NCBI RefSeq assembly: GCF_009914755.1
Contig: NC_060931.1
Length of the DNA: 64,000 nt
Origin: the human T2T-CHM13v2.0 reference genome, Homo sapiens
Reading direction: 5' to 3' (one strand)
The notes beneath the pieces are model-generated. The model did not search any database and had not been told where the DNA came from. It saw only the letters and a program-made list of their open reading frames with translations. The position numbers and the translations under genes are program-made. Of this stretch, positions 49,854 through 64,000 are shown one piece after another (the first letter of the stretch is position 1; each line of letters opens with the position of its first letter).

Positions 49854-50204
49854 ATATTTGCATCCTTGGGGGCCCACCTTAGGTAAATTGTTAAGTAGGA
49901 GCACCCCTTAAGTATCTTGAAACTTGCCATTGTTGTGTTTTACTCCCTAAAGCATCTATGGTCAGTTCTCATTATTTTCAATAATTACATTCCATAAAGT
50001 CACTGCAGTACTGAATTATTGAATTCTGAGCCACTGCTCCTAGGAAAACACCGAGTTAGGTTCCTGTGGGTCTCTGGTTGTGATATTTTCATCAACACAT
50101 AGCCTTGTTTTGTGTGTGTTTCTGATTAAACACATTGAATTGGATACACATGGTTGACTCATTAACATTGGCCTCCCAGCGAACAGTGCTGTAATTCACG
50201 CCTG

Positions 50205-50528
50205 TGTTTGAAATGCTTGTTCCCCGGTGCAGTAAAGAAATAGCACTTGAACCTAAATTCAACTTACTCAGTGAGGCCATTTCTACTTCCTGCAGAAAGG
50301 TACACTCGCCAGCCGTTTTGCCACAAGAGTACACCAAACAAAGGAGACAGGGTCATTTATAACCTGATGTGCCCGCCCTACTGCTGTGTCTGGTTTCCAT
50401 TGGCTGGAACGGGACCTCACATTCTGTATTTGTCCCAAATGGCGAGCAACTTAGAACTTTTTAAAAGAGGCAAAGGCAGAGGAGAACAAAGGAAGGAGGA
50501 AGTAACTTGTGGAATACTGGGAAAGGTA

Positions 50529-50560
<32 letters not shown>

Positions 50561-50822
50561 AACACCTTCAAATAAGGAAGAGGAATAGGCTATGACCTAA
50601 TGCTTGCTTGAACCAGTATAAGCATTCTGGGGCAAATATTTAGGCTAAATTGTGGGAGCTAAGAACATAAAGTACATTGATTTCTTTATCACGGCTAGCA
50701 GATATTTAAGAATGTCAGCACAGGTCTTTGAATCAATTTTGCTTCTAAGAGAAGTTACTATTTATTCCTAATTAAATGAGGAAGAAAGTCTTTGAAGAGG
50801 AACCTCTACTTTACTTTTTACA
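50205..50822 (-). mobile_element. LTR10-family (LTR10C-like) solo LTR
   Basis: TGTTTGAAATGCTTGTTCCCCGGTGC...GAGGAACCTCTACTTTACTTTTTACA, TSD CCTG. Confidence 0.8.
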
Positions 50823-51046
50823 CCTGCATGAAGTATATCTAACAGGCATTTCTTCTCCATGGGGCAAATCACTGCCTTGTTGTTCTTTGGACATCAGACA
50901 GCACTGAGCACCTCACACGGGGTGGCGGGCATTGTAAACGGCAAAATCAACAACAAAAAAAGCACAACAATGTGAAAAAGATGGCACTACCTAGACTCTG
51001 AAAAGGCCACTCATTGACTGTATGAAAGCTGGAAAACCTTAGCTGG

Positions 51047-51689
51047 TGTGAACCCAAAAGTATCTGAGACAGGTCTCAATCAATTTAGAAAGTTTATTTT
51101 GCCAAGGTTAAGGACACACCTGTGACCCAGCCTCAGGAGGTCCGGACGACATGTGGCCAGGGTGGTCGGGGCACAGCTTGCTTTTATACATTTTAGGGAG
51201 ACATGAGACATCAATCAATACCTGTAAGATGTACAATGATTCCATCTGGAAAGGAGGGACACTTGAAGTGGAGGCTTCTGGGCCATAAGTAGATTTAAAA
51301 ATTTTTGGATTGGCCATCCATTGAAAGTGTTAAGTTGTTGTCTAAAGACCTGAAATCGATAGAAAGGACTGTCTGGGTTACGAAAAGAGGTTGTGGAGAC
51401 CAATGCTTTACCACACAGATGAAGCCTCCAGGTAGCAGGCTTCTGAGAGAATTGACTGTAAATGTATCTTATCAGACTTAAGGTCTGTGTTGGTGTTAAT
51501 GCTGGCTGGCTTTTCCCGAACTCCACAGTGGAGGAGAGTGTATGAGGCAGGTCCGATTCCCTCTTCCTATCAAGGCCTGAACCAGTTTTTCAGGCTCACT
51601 TTGGGATATCCTTGGCGGAGAGGAGAGGTTCATTTAGATGGCTGGGGTCGGTGGGTGGGGGGTGCTTAGAATGTTATTTTTGGTTTACA
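51047..51689 (-). mobile_element. MER4-family solo LTR
   Basis: TGTGAACCCAAAAGTATCTGAGACAGGTCTC...TTTTGGTTTACA, TSD CTGG. Confidence 0.9.
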
Positions 51690-51776
51690 CTGGGAACATG
51701 TATATCAGGTGATTCAAATCTTTTACCACTCTGTGTATGTCTGTGAACGACTGTAAAAGCCCCAAATTCGCATTCG

Positions 51777-51988
51777 ACCCAGTCTTTAGGACCGAGAGCA
51801 ACCTCGGGCAGAAAGACTTAGGTGACTCCAGCCCAGCAACTCGAGACTCAAGGTCGCACGTTTTGCCCGTTAAGTTTGACCTTGTTTTACGACATTTTTG
51901 CTGTGTTCCCTTGGATTTGGGGAACTTGCCTGAGAATCTCTTGCCAAGGAGCTACCACAGTACTAGAGTGAGTCAAACAGCTCTGAAA
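51777..51988 (+). repeat. Direct local copy of 57351-57582
   Basis: About 90% identical by manual alignment, 19-bp deletion in this copy. Confidence 0.92.
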
Positions 51989-52095
51989 TAGTGAGGAGCA
52001 AATTCACAAATGTACAGTCCTCTAAGGATGACCACAGACTCCACATTCTAAATTGCTTCGTCCCTGACTTGCAGAACGTCTCCTTCTTGCGTCCC

Positions 52096-52477
52096 TGTGT
52101 TAGTTTGTTCAGCTGCCGTAGCAAAGGACCACAGGCTGCGCCGTTTAACCAACAGAAATTTATTTTCCTGTAGTTCTGGATGCTAAAAGTCTGAGATCAA
52201 GGCATGGGCAGGGCTGGTTCCTCCTGAGGTCTCTCTCAGCTGGCAGAGGGTGCCTTCTCCCTGAGTCCTCACCTGGCCATTTCTTGGTGTGTGTCTGTGT
52301 CCTGATCTCTTCTTATAAGGACCCCAGTCCTGCTGGATGAGGGCCCACTAATCTGACCTCGTTTTACCTTAATCACCTCTTTAACAGTCTTAGCTCCAAA
52401 CACAATCACATTCTGAGATACTGGAGGTTAGGACTTCAACATACGAATTTTGGAGGAACACAATTTAGCCCATAATA
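52096..52477 (-). mobile_element. MLT1A/B-like LTR
   Basis: TGTGTTAGTTT..AACAGAAATTTATT..CACATTCTGAGATACTGG..AACACAATTTAGCCCATAATA. Confidence 0.88.
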
Positions 52478-53199
52478 GTCCCGTTTCCTCAAATCCCCAC
52501 TAAGCCACGTGGATTTACTCTTTCAATTTAAGATGTCAGGATCTTAAATATTTCCCTTCTTGGAGCTGCCATGCTAAATTTTAACTGTGAGCAGAAAAAG
52601 GTTTTCTCCTAACCAAATCTGGAATCTGGCTGCAGGTTTGGGCCCATAACATAAAGATTAAGATTGAGATAAAAGCAGAAAAAAGGCACTGCCCAGGGAG
52701 GCACAGGTCATCCTCTTAAATGAAGGTCAATTACCAGGGGAACAGAGAGAAAGCAACCTCCTCCAAGGCTGGACTGGGACAAAGGCCCATGAGGACTGCC
52801 TGGGCCCTGAGCCCTTGGGTATCCCTGGGAATGACCTCAGATTCCCAATATCCTTGCATGAGCCTCCTGACCTCAGGCTGGGGGTGGAGGGCCCCTGTCC
52901 GGGTGCTGTCAGCCCAGGGCAGGGACTCTGAATGCTACCGGACCTGCACTGAACCATGGAAGATTCAAGGAGAACAATGGAACTAAATCAAGCTTCTGCC
53001 TTTCACACTTGCTCCCAAATTGCATCTGTCCATCCAACACCAGGGTTATGGGTTGAACTGCAGGCCCCACAAGATACTGTGGTCCTAACCCCCATACCTG
53101 TGAATGGGACCTTATTTGGAAACAGTGTATTTGCAGACAAACGAGTCGAGATGAAGTAATTAGGGTGGACCCTAATCCAATAGAACTGGTGTCCTTGTG

Positions 53200-53636
53200 T
53201 GCAGGAGATCTATCAGAGTGGTGGGAGAAAAAGCACTCTGGGAAAGCAGCAGGTCTTCTGAAAGGTTGGAGGGCTCTGCATGGCACTGGGGGAGAATATC
53301 TGAAGGCAGCTGTTCTCTGACCCCGAGGCAGAGGGCGAGGAGTACGTGCAAGGCAGTGAAGGGGAAGTTTGTTTGTTTGAAGTTGTCCAGAAACTGACCT
53401 TTGAATATCCGGATGCACGAGATTCCCTGAAAGGGGAACAATAAATGTTAATTTCCCACAGATTATGTTTGTTCCAGGCTTTAGGCATTGTGCCTGCCCT
53501 GAAATTTTATTCTTCTTGGGGCTGCACTCTGGCCACTTGAGCCAGGCAGTCCCCTAGCTGCTCTTGCACTGCATACCTGTGTCTGAGTACTCCTTTCATC
53601 CATTGATCCGCCAGGGTCTGTGGGACAGACCCGGCA
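53200..53636 (+). mobile_element. LTR22-like (HML-5, ERVK) solo LTR
   Basis: TGCAGGAGATC..GTGGTGGGAG start, GGGACAGACCCGGCA end, 6-bp TSD CTTGTG. Confidence 0.75.
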
Positions 53637-53756
53637 CTTGTGAAAAGGAGAAATTTGAAGACAGACACACCCAGAAGAACATCATGAGAAGATGAAGGCA
53701 AAGATCAGAGTGATGTACAAGACAAGTACATTAGTGACGTACTAATACAAGACGGC

Positions 53757-54070
53757 TGTATTAGTCCATTCTCGCGCTGCTGTAAAGACATATCTGGGGC
53801 TGGGTAATTTATGAAGAAAAGCAGTTTAATTGATTCACAGTTCTGCAGGCCATACAGGAAGCATGGCTGGGCCTCAGGAAACTGACAGTCACAGTGGAAG
53901 GTAACGGGGAAGCAGGCATGTCTTCATAAGGCGGCAGGAGAGAAAGAGCGAAAGGGGAAGTGTTGCACACTTTTAAACAACCAGATCTCTGGAGAGCTCG
54001 CTCACTATCACAAGAACAGCAAAGGAAAAGTCTGCCCCCATGATCCAGTCATCTTCCACCAGGTCCCTCC
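53757..54070 (-). mobile_element. MSTA/B LTR, truncated
   Basis: TGTATTAGTCCATTCTCGCGCTGCT..ACAGGAAGCATGGC. Confidence 0.88.
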
Positions 54071-54111
54071 AGAGGCCCGGAACAGAAGGAACCAGCCCTG
54101 CAGACACTTTG

Positions 54112-54450
54112 TGATATGGTTTGGCTCTGTCCCCCCAAATCTCATCTTGAATTGCCAAGTGTTGTGGGAGGGACCTGGTGGGAGGTGAGTGAATAATGGG
54201 GCGGGTCTTTCTCATGCTGTTCTCGTGATGGTGAGTAAGTCTTACAAGATCTGATGGTTTTAAAAAGAGGAGTCTCCCTGCACAAGCTCTTCTTTTGTCT
54301 GCTGCCATGTGAGACATGCCTTTGACCTTCTGCCATGACTGTGAGGCCTCCACAGCCACGTGGAACTGTGAGTCCATTCAACCTCTTTCTTTTGTAAATT
54401 GCCCAATCCCAGGTATGCCTTTATCAGTAGCATGAAAACAGACTAATACA
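54112..54450 (+). mobile_element. THE1A/B solo LTR
   Basis: TGATATGGTTTGGCTCTG...GAAAACAGACTAATACA. Confidence 0.9.
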
Positions 54451-54579
54451 CCTAGATCTTGGATTTCCAGCCTCTAGAACTTGGAGACAACACATTCCTG
54501 TTGTACAAGCCACTAGGTTTGTGATACTTTATTACGGCAGACTTAGCAAACTAATACACCCAGAGAGATTGCTTTTAAA

Positions 54580-54980
54580 TCAGCTGTCTTCTCCCCTCTG
54601 CTTAAAATTCACCACCACTCTTAAGATAAAATTCACCTCCCTACCATGGCCAACAAGCCCTGCATAGCCTGGTCTTTGCTGACATCTTCCCCATTTTTTT
54701 TTCACCTCTTCCTGAAATTCAATACACTCCAGAATTTCAGGTCCAGTGGTATCAGACCTGGTCCTACCTCCCGGCATTTGCTCCAGTTATCACCTTCATC
54801 TGCATTGCGCTCTTCCTAAGTATTTTTGTCGTTTCAGTTTTGGTAAAAACATCACCCCCCACTGAGAGGTGTTCACAACAACTTCATCCAAATCATTGTC
54901 TCTATAACTCCAGAGCTGTCTTATCCCTTATTCTGTTTTTTGCTTCTTGCCTAAAACTATCATGATCTGAAATTATTTTG
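54580..54980 (+). mobile_element. L2 fragment
   Basis: CCCTCTGCTTAAAA..CCTACCATGGCCAACAAGCCCTGCA L2 motifs. Confidence 0.55.
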
Positions 54981-55651
54981 GAGAAAAAAGAATTAAAAAG
55001 AAATATGCCAAAATGTGAACATGGTGATATCTCTGATGAGATTGCATATGGCATGATTTCTGCTTTCCAGAGTTTCTTCAATTAACATGCATCATTTTCT
55101 AATTGGAAGAGTCAATAGCTTCTCAAAAAGAAACGGTTAAGAATTTACTGGCATCAGCGCTTTCTGTGCAATCCCAGTGGCTGGCAGGACACTTCCCTTC
55201 CAGGCAGTTCTCCTGCATTCATCTGCAGGGTGATACACTGAGGGATGACTGGAATTAAGAAACTAAACACGGCCAGGTGCAGTGGGTGGCTCACATCTCT
55301 AATCCCAGCCTGTAAGTGCAGCCTTTGAGTTCTTTGACTCTCCATCTCCTCCAGGTGAGATTAGACTGGCCTAGTAACTCACTTATAGCCGATAGAATAA
55401 GCCATAAGTGATAGGCTAGGTAGAAAAAGTTCTTCCTCCTTGGACACTTGCCCTGAAAGCACAACTACTCTGAGATTGCCATGTGAGAGAGGACCCGGCC
55501 ACCAGCTCCACCAGCCAGCCTTCTGAGCGAGCTTTGAGTGAGCCATCCGGGATGGCCAGCCCAGTTGAGTCTTCAAACAATGGAACCTCAGCCAACATCT
55601 GCCAGCAGCAGCATGAAGGAGACCCCAAGTGAGAACAGCACCAGCTATGCC

Positions 55652-56595
<944 letters not shown>

Positions 56596-56924
56596 AGGTC
56601 TCACTGTTGCCCAGGCTGGTCTCAAACTCCTGGCTCCAAGAGACCCTCCCACCTTGGCCTCCCAAAGCTCTGGAATTACATGCACGAGCCCCAGCGCTGG
56701 GCCATTCCTGCATTCTTGACCCACAAAATCATGAGCAAAATAAAATGACTGTTGTTTTACATCACTAAGTTTGGGGTAATTTGCTTTGCAGACACTGGAG
56801 CAGTGGTTCTCCACAGGAAAATGAGAATGATTTCCTAGTGGTTTAAAGGACCTGGTGGTGACTTGCACAGCATTGCCATCAGGGTAATACACTCAGGGAA
56901 GACTGGAATTGAGAAACTGAACAT

Positions 56925-57430
<506 letters not shown>

Positions 57431-57769
57431 TCACTTTTTGCCCCTTAAGCCTGACCTTGTTTCATGATATTTTTGCCGTGTTCCCTTGGATTTGAGGAAC
57501 TTGCCTGAGAATCTTTTGCCAAGGAGCTACCATGGTAGTAGAGTGGCTACTGCGGGGACTTTGGAGTCAAACAGCTCTGAAAGCATTCTATCTCTGCTCG
57601 GCCATTTTATTGGGCATGCATTTGGCTGTAACTCAGAGAAAACTTGAATAATATGGGTTTTTTAAATAGTGTGTTATTTTTCTCAAGGAATCTGCAGATA
57701 GGTAGTTGCTGACATTGTTTCAGCTGCTTTAATATCATTAGAGAAACAGGCTGTGCTCACTTTGAGTTT

Positions 57770-57990
57770 TCTTCCTTCCTTCCTTCTTTCCTTCCTTCCT
57801 CCCTCCCTCCCTCCCTTCCTTCCTCCTTCCCTCCCTCCCTCGATCCTTTCCTTCCTCCCTCCCTTCCTTCCTCCCTCCCTCCTTCCCTTCCCTTCCCTCC
57901 TTCCTTTTTCCCTTCTTCCTTCATTCCTTTCTCTCTTTTCTTTCTTTCTTTCTTTCTTTCTTTCTCTTTCTTCCCTTCCTTCCTTTTTTT
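57770..57990. repeat. (CCTT/CTTT)n pyrimidine tract inside an old MLT1 fragment
   Basis: ~220 bp of nearly pure C/T. Confidence 0.92.
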
Positions 57991-59889
57991 GCCTCATGGT
58001 TACAAGATGGTTGCAGCAGCACCAGATATCACATCTGCTACCAGGCAGTGAGAAGGGAGGAAGGATGAGGAGCAGTGCTAGCCACGTCTTTCCTTTCTTT
58101 CTTCCTTTCTTTTTTACAAAAACAAATGAAAACACCAATAACTTTTCCAGAGCTCCCTGTAGCAGTCCTTTCCTTAGGCCTCATGGGTCAGAAGTGGACC
58201 ACGTGACTTCCCCTAGCTGCCACAGAGTCTGGGGAATTGAGAAATAGCTTTGTCATGATTGTCTTAGACAATCGTTAAGTCATCACTTGCGGCTGAGTGC
58301 GTTGCAGCTCTTAACAAGGAAGAGGGAGGTGATGAGTTTTAGGGACCTAGTTAGCAGTATCCACCCTAGCCACTAAACTAGCCTAACGGCTTAGTGACTT
58401 TGAGCTCGCCACTTGAGCCCTGTGTGCCTCAGTTATATTATCTGTATAACGGAACAACACCGTATCCTCACCTAGCAGCGTGTCTGGCTCACTAAGCATG
58501 TCCCGAAAAAAAGGAATTCCTACCAAAAGGCTGGGCTGCTTCCCCTATCTAAATACATTGCACAATGCCTATCATTAGCCTGGTGGTGGGTCAGGTCGTG
58601 AGAACAAAGAAATATTCAAATCTCTGGGTCGGAGTCCAGCAATCCACTTTCAGAAGGAAAAAAAACAAAAAGCACTAAAGTGGACGTTCTAGAAAAAAAT
58701 GTGTGCTGCAAGTCATAATCAGCTCAAATGTGAGCTGCAGTTTCTCTGTCTTTTTCAGACTGGAGACACCAGCCGGAGTCAGAGTTATGGCCGTCGAAGC
58801 ACTGTCTGGCCTCTGCTCCGCCTTCATTTACGACCCATGGTTGCTATGCCTGGTAGGGAATGCGGGTGCCCTGCGAGACTCTCTTTGCATTTACTTCGTG
58901 GCTGTTACACATTCATATCTTGGAGTCTCCACTGTTTTTTGTAGGATCATTACCCGCCTCCAAGGTACGTCTCAGCCAATTTCAGTCATAGAAACCTGGC
59001 TCACATTTTGCCCGGGGCAGTATCACCAGGGTTGTTCTGGGACGCCAGACAATAAGACATTGCTTCCGCCCCTAAACGGGATGCATTTCCTCCTCCTCTC
59101 CTGACCTTGTTGTTGTTAATCAAGCTGATTTTCTGTCACTGGCCTAAATTGGTACTTGCTGCAGTCTCTTTGCCCTACAGAGAAATTCCTTTTACCACCG
59201 CATCCCAAGAGGGCAAGTCCTTGGCTCCTTCTAACCAGAATAAAGTGACTCGTTAAACTATTCCACTGGCTTTCAGAATGAGCATGGCTGCATGAGAACA
59301 TTTTTCTGCGTCTCCTCCTGGAAATCATACATGAGGAGCAAGGAGAATTTAAAAACCACTTAAACTCCATTTTCAAGGAAACTAGAAAAGACATAGATAG
59401 AGTCCACAGACTTCAAAGAGCATGTCCAGACTTAGCAAACAGCTGGGATGGAGCAGAACTGTCAAAGGGGAGAGGAAGCCAAGAAGTGCGGGGAGGCCAC
59501 CTGCAGATGAGGAGTGCACCAACTCAAGGCACCTCCCAAAAGTGAGGGGTTCACCTTGAAGCTCAACAGCTGAACCTGCTGCCCGCAACACCAGCTAGCA
59601 TGGAAACTGGGGAGAGAGGTGTGAGAGCAGCTCTTGTGGACCTGGCTTGGTTCAGAGATGCAGAGAGCTGTAGAGAGGGAAGCCATATTTACCAAGAGTA
59701 GCCTAACTCTGTGGCAGGAGAGAAGAAAAATCCTTGGGGTTGTGAAGACAGCACCGATGCACTTCCTTCCACCATTCTCAACAGCTTCCCACCAGGGGCT
59801 CAGTCACAAGATTGTTGCTGGATGTCTTCCCAAATTTTTTTTCCTTTTTTTTTTTTTTTTTCATATTTATGGAGTTTTCACTGGGTTCT

Positions 59890-60265
59890 TGGTCAACCAC
59901 CTGGAAACTACATCTCCCAGCCTCTCTTTCAGCCGGATGTGGTCATAGGACCGTTTGGGGCCAATGGGTTGTAAGCCGAGGGTAAGTGCACAGTTTGTGA
60001 TTGACAGGAAAACCATGTGTTTTGGACTCTGGCCTTTTTTCTTCATTCATCTGGAATGCAGCCGCAGTCATGATGCAGCTCCTAGTATGCTGGGTTTGGA
60101 CAGGAATCTAGGTGATGAAGGAGCAACAATGTGGAAAGAACCTGGATCCCCGAGTGACTTCATGGAGTGTGGAGCGTCCCCAACTGCCTGGACTGAGAAC
60201 CCCAGGGTTGTTAGGAGCTGTTCCGAGAGGGAAATAAGTTTCTCTCTTAAGTAAGCTGCTGTTTT
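59890..60265 (+). mobile_element. Old ERVL LTR fragment (LTR33/LTR16-like)
   Basis: ACTACATCTCCCAGCCTC..GGCCAATGG..GGAAATAAGTTTC. Confidence 0.55.
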
Positions 60266-60871
60266 CTATTGCTTTAACCTATGCCCTATATTTTATATTT
60301 TTAACATAAGTTTGCATCTGGAAGTGTGAACATAACAAAAACCTGAAATAGTGTCATTAGCTTAGTGGCCCTCGAAGGGATCCTTGGAAAAGGAGTGAGC
60401 CTGAGTCCTTACTTCACCTCTTTGCTAAGCGAATCAGCCTCTCCAGGAGCCAGAGAAACCAGGTGTCTCCAGGGTCCAGGGTTATGTCCTCCCCTCTGCA
60501 GAGAGTTAAGTAAATCTCTCTGGATTTGTCTCACTGTCTATGCAGTTGCCAATTAACTTGAAAAGCTTGTTCTTAGTCCAGGACCCCAAATTTGAGTAAA
60601 ATTGGCTCAGAAAACCCCAACTGTGGAGGAACCCAATAATATTTCCTTTGCAATCCCGCAGTAAACATATTGCACATGCCTTCTAGCTCTAATCCTTTCC
60701 CCTTTCCTATTTCACAGAGCTCAAGGAGGGCTTATCAGGCTTTCTGGGTATTCTGTGAGGCATAAGCTCACTAGAAGGGCTGCATCAAACTTACCTGGAA
60801 CGAATGGCAAGGACTCTTGACGTGTGTCTTTAACCCATCTTGCCAATTAGATCATGAATCACTGCAGGTAG

Positions 60872-61254
<383 letters not shown>

Positions 61255-61659
61255 TCATTGACTTCCTAAAAAACTCAAAACTCTTGACTATGAGACCGCT
61301 TCTAGTTGGAGTGTGTGCTCCATTCAGAAAACAACCACTCGAGTGCACCTGACCCATTCCCAGTCCACGTTTCTCAAATGTTGTTTAGCAGAAGAAACTT
61401 TTCTTTTTCTTCGATCCTCAAACAAAATCTCACCCAAAGCACCCATATATAAAAAGAGACGAAAGAGGCTCTGATGGTGGTAGGTTTGGAGGGTTCAATG
61501 GATCCATTTTCTGGGCTCCTCTCAACCCCATTCCTTCTTTCTCAGTCCATCTCAGTGATCAGAATGAACTTTTCATTTGTTCAAATGAAAGCAATGAATT
61601 TCACAGCCTGTCTGTGATCCTCCGTGCCTCACTTTATCCTGTGACATTGAATTGAAATC

Positions 61660-62270
61660 ACAGGCTCATGACCAATGCATGCACCAGCAAGGATGAACCT
61701 CACACGTGCTTTGCTGAGTGAAAGAAGCCGGACACAGAAAAGCACATCACAACGTACCCTTTTATTCCGTTGATATGAAATTCCAGAACAGACAAAATAA
61801 ATCTATAGTGACAGCAGATTCGTGATTGCTTCTGGGGGGCAGGCGGGCAGGGCAGGGACTTATTAAGGAGGGGCAGGAGAGAATAATCTCGGGTGATAGG
61901 AAATTCTCTGTTGTGATGCTGGTTTGGTTACAAGGTGTTTGCTCTTGTCAACTCATCAAGTCACACATGAGATGTGCATTTTGTTATATGTAAATTTCAC
62001 CTAAACATAAGCATAAACAAACACGAGCTTTAGCTCATGAGATGCATGCTGAAGTGTTCAGGGATGAAGTGCACTGAGATTGCCACTTGCTTTGAAATGC
62101 ATCAAAAATCAGAGAGGTTGATGGATGGGTTGAGAGAGAAACACCATGGAACCAATACGGCCAAATGTTCAATGTAAAGTCTAGGTGGTGCTGTATAGCT
62201 GTTGACCATACAATTCATTAAACTATGTTTGAAGACATCCATCATGACATGTGAGGGGGAAAATATTTAT
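61660..62270 (+). mobile_element. L1ME/MC-like 3' end
   Basis: GCTGAGTGAAAGAAGCC..ATCTATAGTGACAG..TGCCACTTGCTTTGAAATGCATC. Confidence 0.8.
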
Positions 62271-62272
62271 AA

Positions 62273-62650
<378 letters not shown>

Positions 62651-62744
62651 TCAGGCTTCTAAATATTCTCTTCGAAATACTTTCCAAGGTTTTCTTTTCT
62701 GCCCACTCCTTTAGAACATTTTCTTCCATTTTCTTTCACTTTTT

Positions 62745-63010
62745 AAAAGGTTGTTTTTGGGAGGTAAAATGTGCATACGATAAAATTTTACCTTCCAGTG
62801 TACAGTTCTATGAGTTTGACAACGGCATGTGGTTGCATGACCACCACTATCATCAACCATCATTTCACATAATTCCCTTGCATTCCCCTGTAGCCAGCCC
62901 TTGCCCCAGCCCCTAAGCTCCCAGAAAACACTGATGTACTGTCTGTCCCTATGATTTTGCCCTTTTGAGAATGTCATATAAATGGAATCATGTAGTACGT
63001 CGCCTTTTGT
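62745..63010 (-). mobile_element. L1M 3' end (resumes ~63800-64000)
   Basis: GTGTACAGTTCTATGAGTTTGACAA..GAATGTCATATAAATGGAATCAT. Confidence 0.8.
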
Positions 63011-63049
63011 TTTGTTTGTATTTTTTGTATCCCCTCTCTTGCTTTTTCA

Positions 63050-63212
63050 TTTTTTATTTTTTTAGAGACGGAGTCTCGCTCTGTTACACCCAGGCTGGAG
63101 CTCAGTGGCATGGGCGTAGCTCACTGCAGCCTCAAACTCCAGGGCTCAAGAGATCGCCCCTATTAGCCTCCCAAGTAGCTAGGACTGCAGATGCATGCCA
63201 CCATGCTCAGCT
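63050..63212 (-). mobile_element. Alu right-arm monomer (J/FRAM)
   Basis: Single antisense arm. Confidence 0.85.
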
Positions 63213-63509
63213 TCACTTTCTTTTTCTTTTGAGAAAGAAACTCTCACTCTTTTCATTTCCTGTCTGCTGGGAAACAAAGTCACCAGGCTTAGTAAAATTA
63301 CATGTGAACGAGACCTGCTAGGTACCTGTGAAGGCCTGCGAGCTGTCCCATAGGATTTTCTTCGAGGGCCTTGAGGTAACTGGCCTCATGAATCTTTTAT
63401 TTACTTAGAATTCTGGAATGTTTTGCTTGTTGGTTAGAGGCTGTGTCCTAAAGGCTGTGGCAGAAATGTGACTCTGAGAAATCTCAATGCTGACACTTCT
63501 CTTATAATA

Positions 63510-63795
63510 ATTTTGTTTAGTTTTGTTTTGTTTTATTTTGTTAAGAGATGAGTTCTTGCTCTGTCACCCAGGCTGCAGTGCAGTGGCATAATCATAGCTC
63601 ACTGTAACCTCTAATTCCTGGGCTTGAGTGATCCTCCTGCCTCAGCCTCCTGTGTACCTGAGATCAGAGGTGCACACCAGCACACCAGCCTAATTTTTTT
63701 GTAGAGATGGTGTCTTGCTGTGTTGCCCTGACTGGTCCTGTATTCCTGGCCTCAAGCGATCTTCCAGCCTCAGCCTCCTTAGTTGCTGGGATTCA
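63510..63795 (-). mobile_element. AluJ
   Basis: Antisense J-type dimer. Confidence 0.88.
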
Positions 63796-63859
63796 GTGTG
63801 GTGCCTTTTGAACTGGAACTTTTCCACTCTCCACAGGGCATTTGAAATCTACCCATGTT

Positions 63860-63949
63860 TGATGCAGCAAACCAACATGGCACGTGTATACCTACGTAAC
63901 AAACCTGCACATTGTGCACGTGTACCCTAGAAGTATAATAAAAAGAAAA
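63860..63949 (+). mobile_element. 90-bp L1PA 3' end
   Basis: AACATGGCACGTGTATACC..AACCTGCAC..ACCCTAGAA; 16-bp TSD GAAATCTACCC(A/C)TGTT. Confidence 0.92.
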
Positions 63950-64000
63950 GAAATCTACCCCTGTTATTGCATGTATCTATACTTCATTCCTTTTTTCCAA

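Larger units (their letters stand above)
49963..52040 (-). mobile_element. MER82 (Tigger) DNA transposon split by LTR10, MER4 and a templated insertion
   Basis: TGCTCCTAGG..GTTAGGTTCCTG, CCTTGTTTTGTGTGTGTTTCTG, CTGGGAAC..AAATTCACAAAT collinear pieces. Confidence 0.75.
53045..54558 (+). mobile_element. MLT1C-like LTR hosting LTR22, MST and THE1 insertions
   Basis: TTATGGGTTGAACTG..ACCTTATTTGGAAA..; end AAACTAATACA. Confidence 0.8.

Noticed and set aside
57683-58247. Long Arg/Glu/Lys-rich and Leu/Pro/Ser/Phe-rich ORFs (also 31263-31838)
   Set aside because: Translations of CT/GA simple repeats.

Overview
Primate (human-like) non-coding genomic DNA, mostly interspersed repeats. It holds roughly 50 Alu elements (J, S and Y types), old L1M and younger L1PA fragments, MaLR/ERV solo LTRs (THE1, MST, MLT1, MLT2A, MER4, MER41A, LTR10, LTR12C, LTR22, MER21-like) and DNA transposon fossils (MER44, MER82, Zaphod-like). 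I can support no protein-coding gene: the ORF track is explained by Alu, L1, LTR and simple-repeat sequence. Repeat subfamily names come from recalled consensus features, not a database search, and boundaries without a TSD are approximate. The most notable signals are: (1) a triple-hairpin, homeobox-motif-rich unique element at 377-511; (2) a HOX/MEIS/TCF motif cluster next to a small orphan CpG island at 22.2-23.2 kb; (3) a full solo LTR12C inserted into an Alu; (4) a strong candidate minus-strand exon at 45031-45184; (5) several locally templated rearrangements. These include two ~200 bp insertions each copied from ~5.6 kb downstream, a multi-template-switch inversion scar at 36.5 kb, and a higher-order tandem repeat born at an MLT1/Alu junction. 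I found no convincing new gene system.
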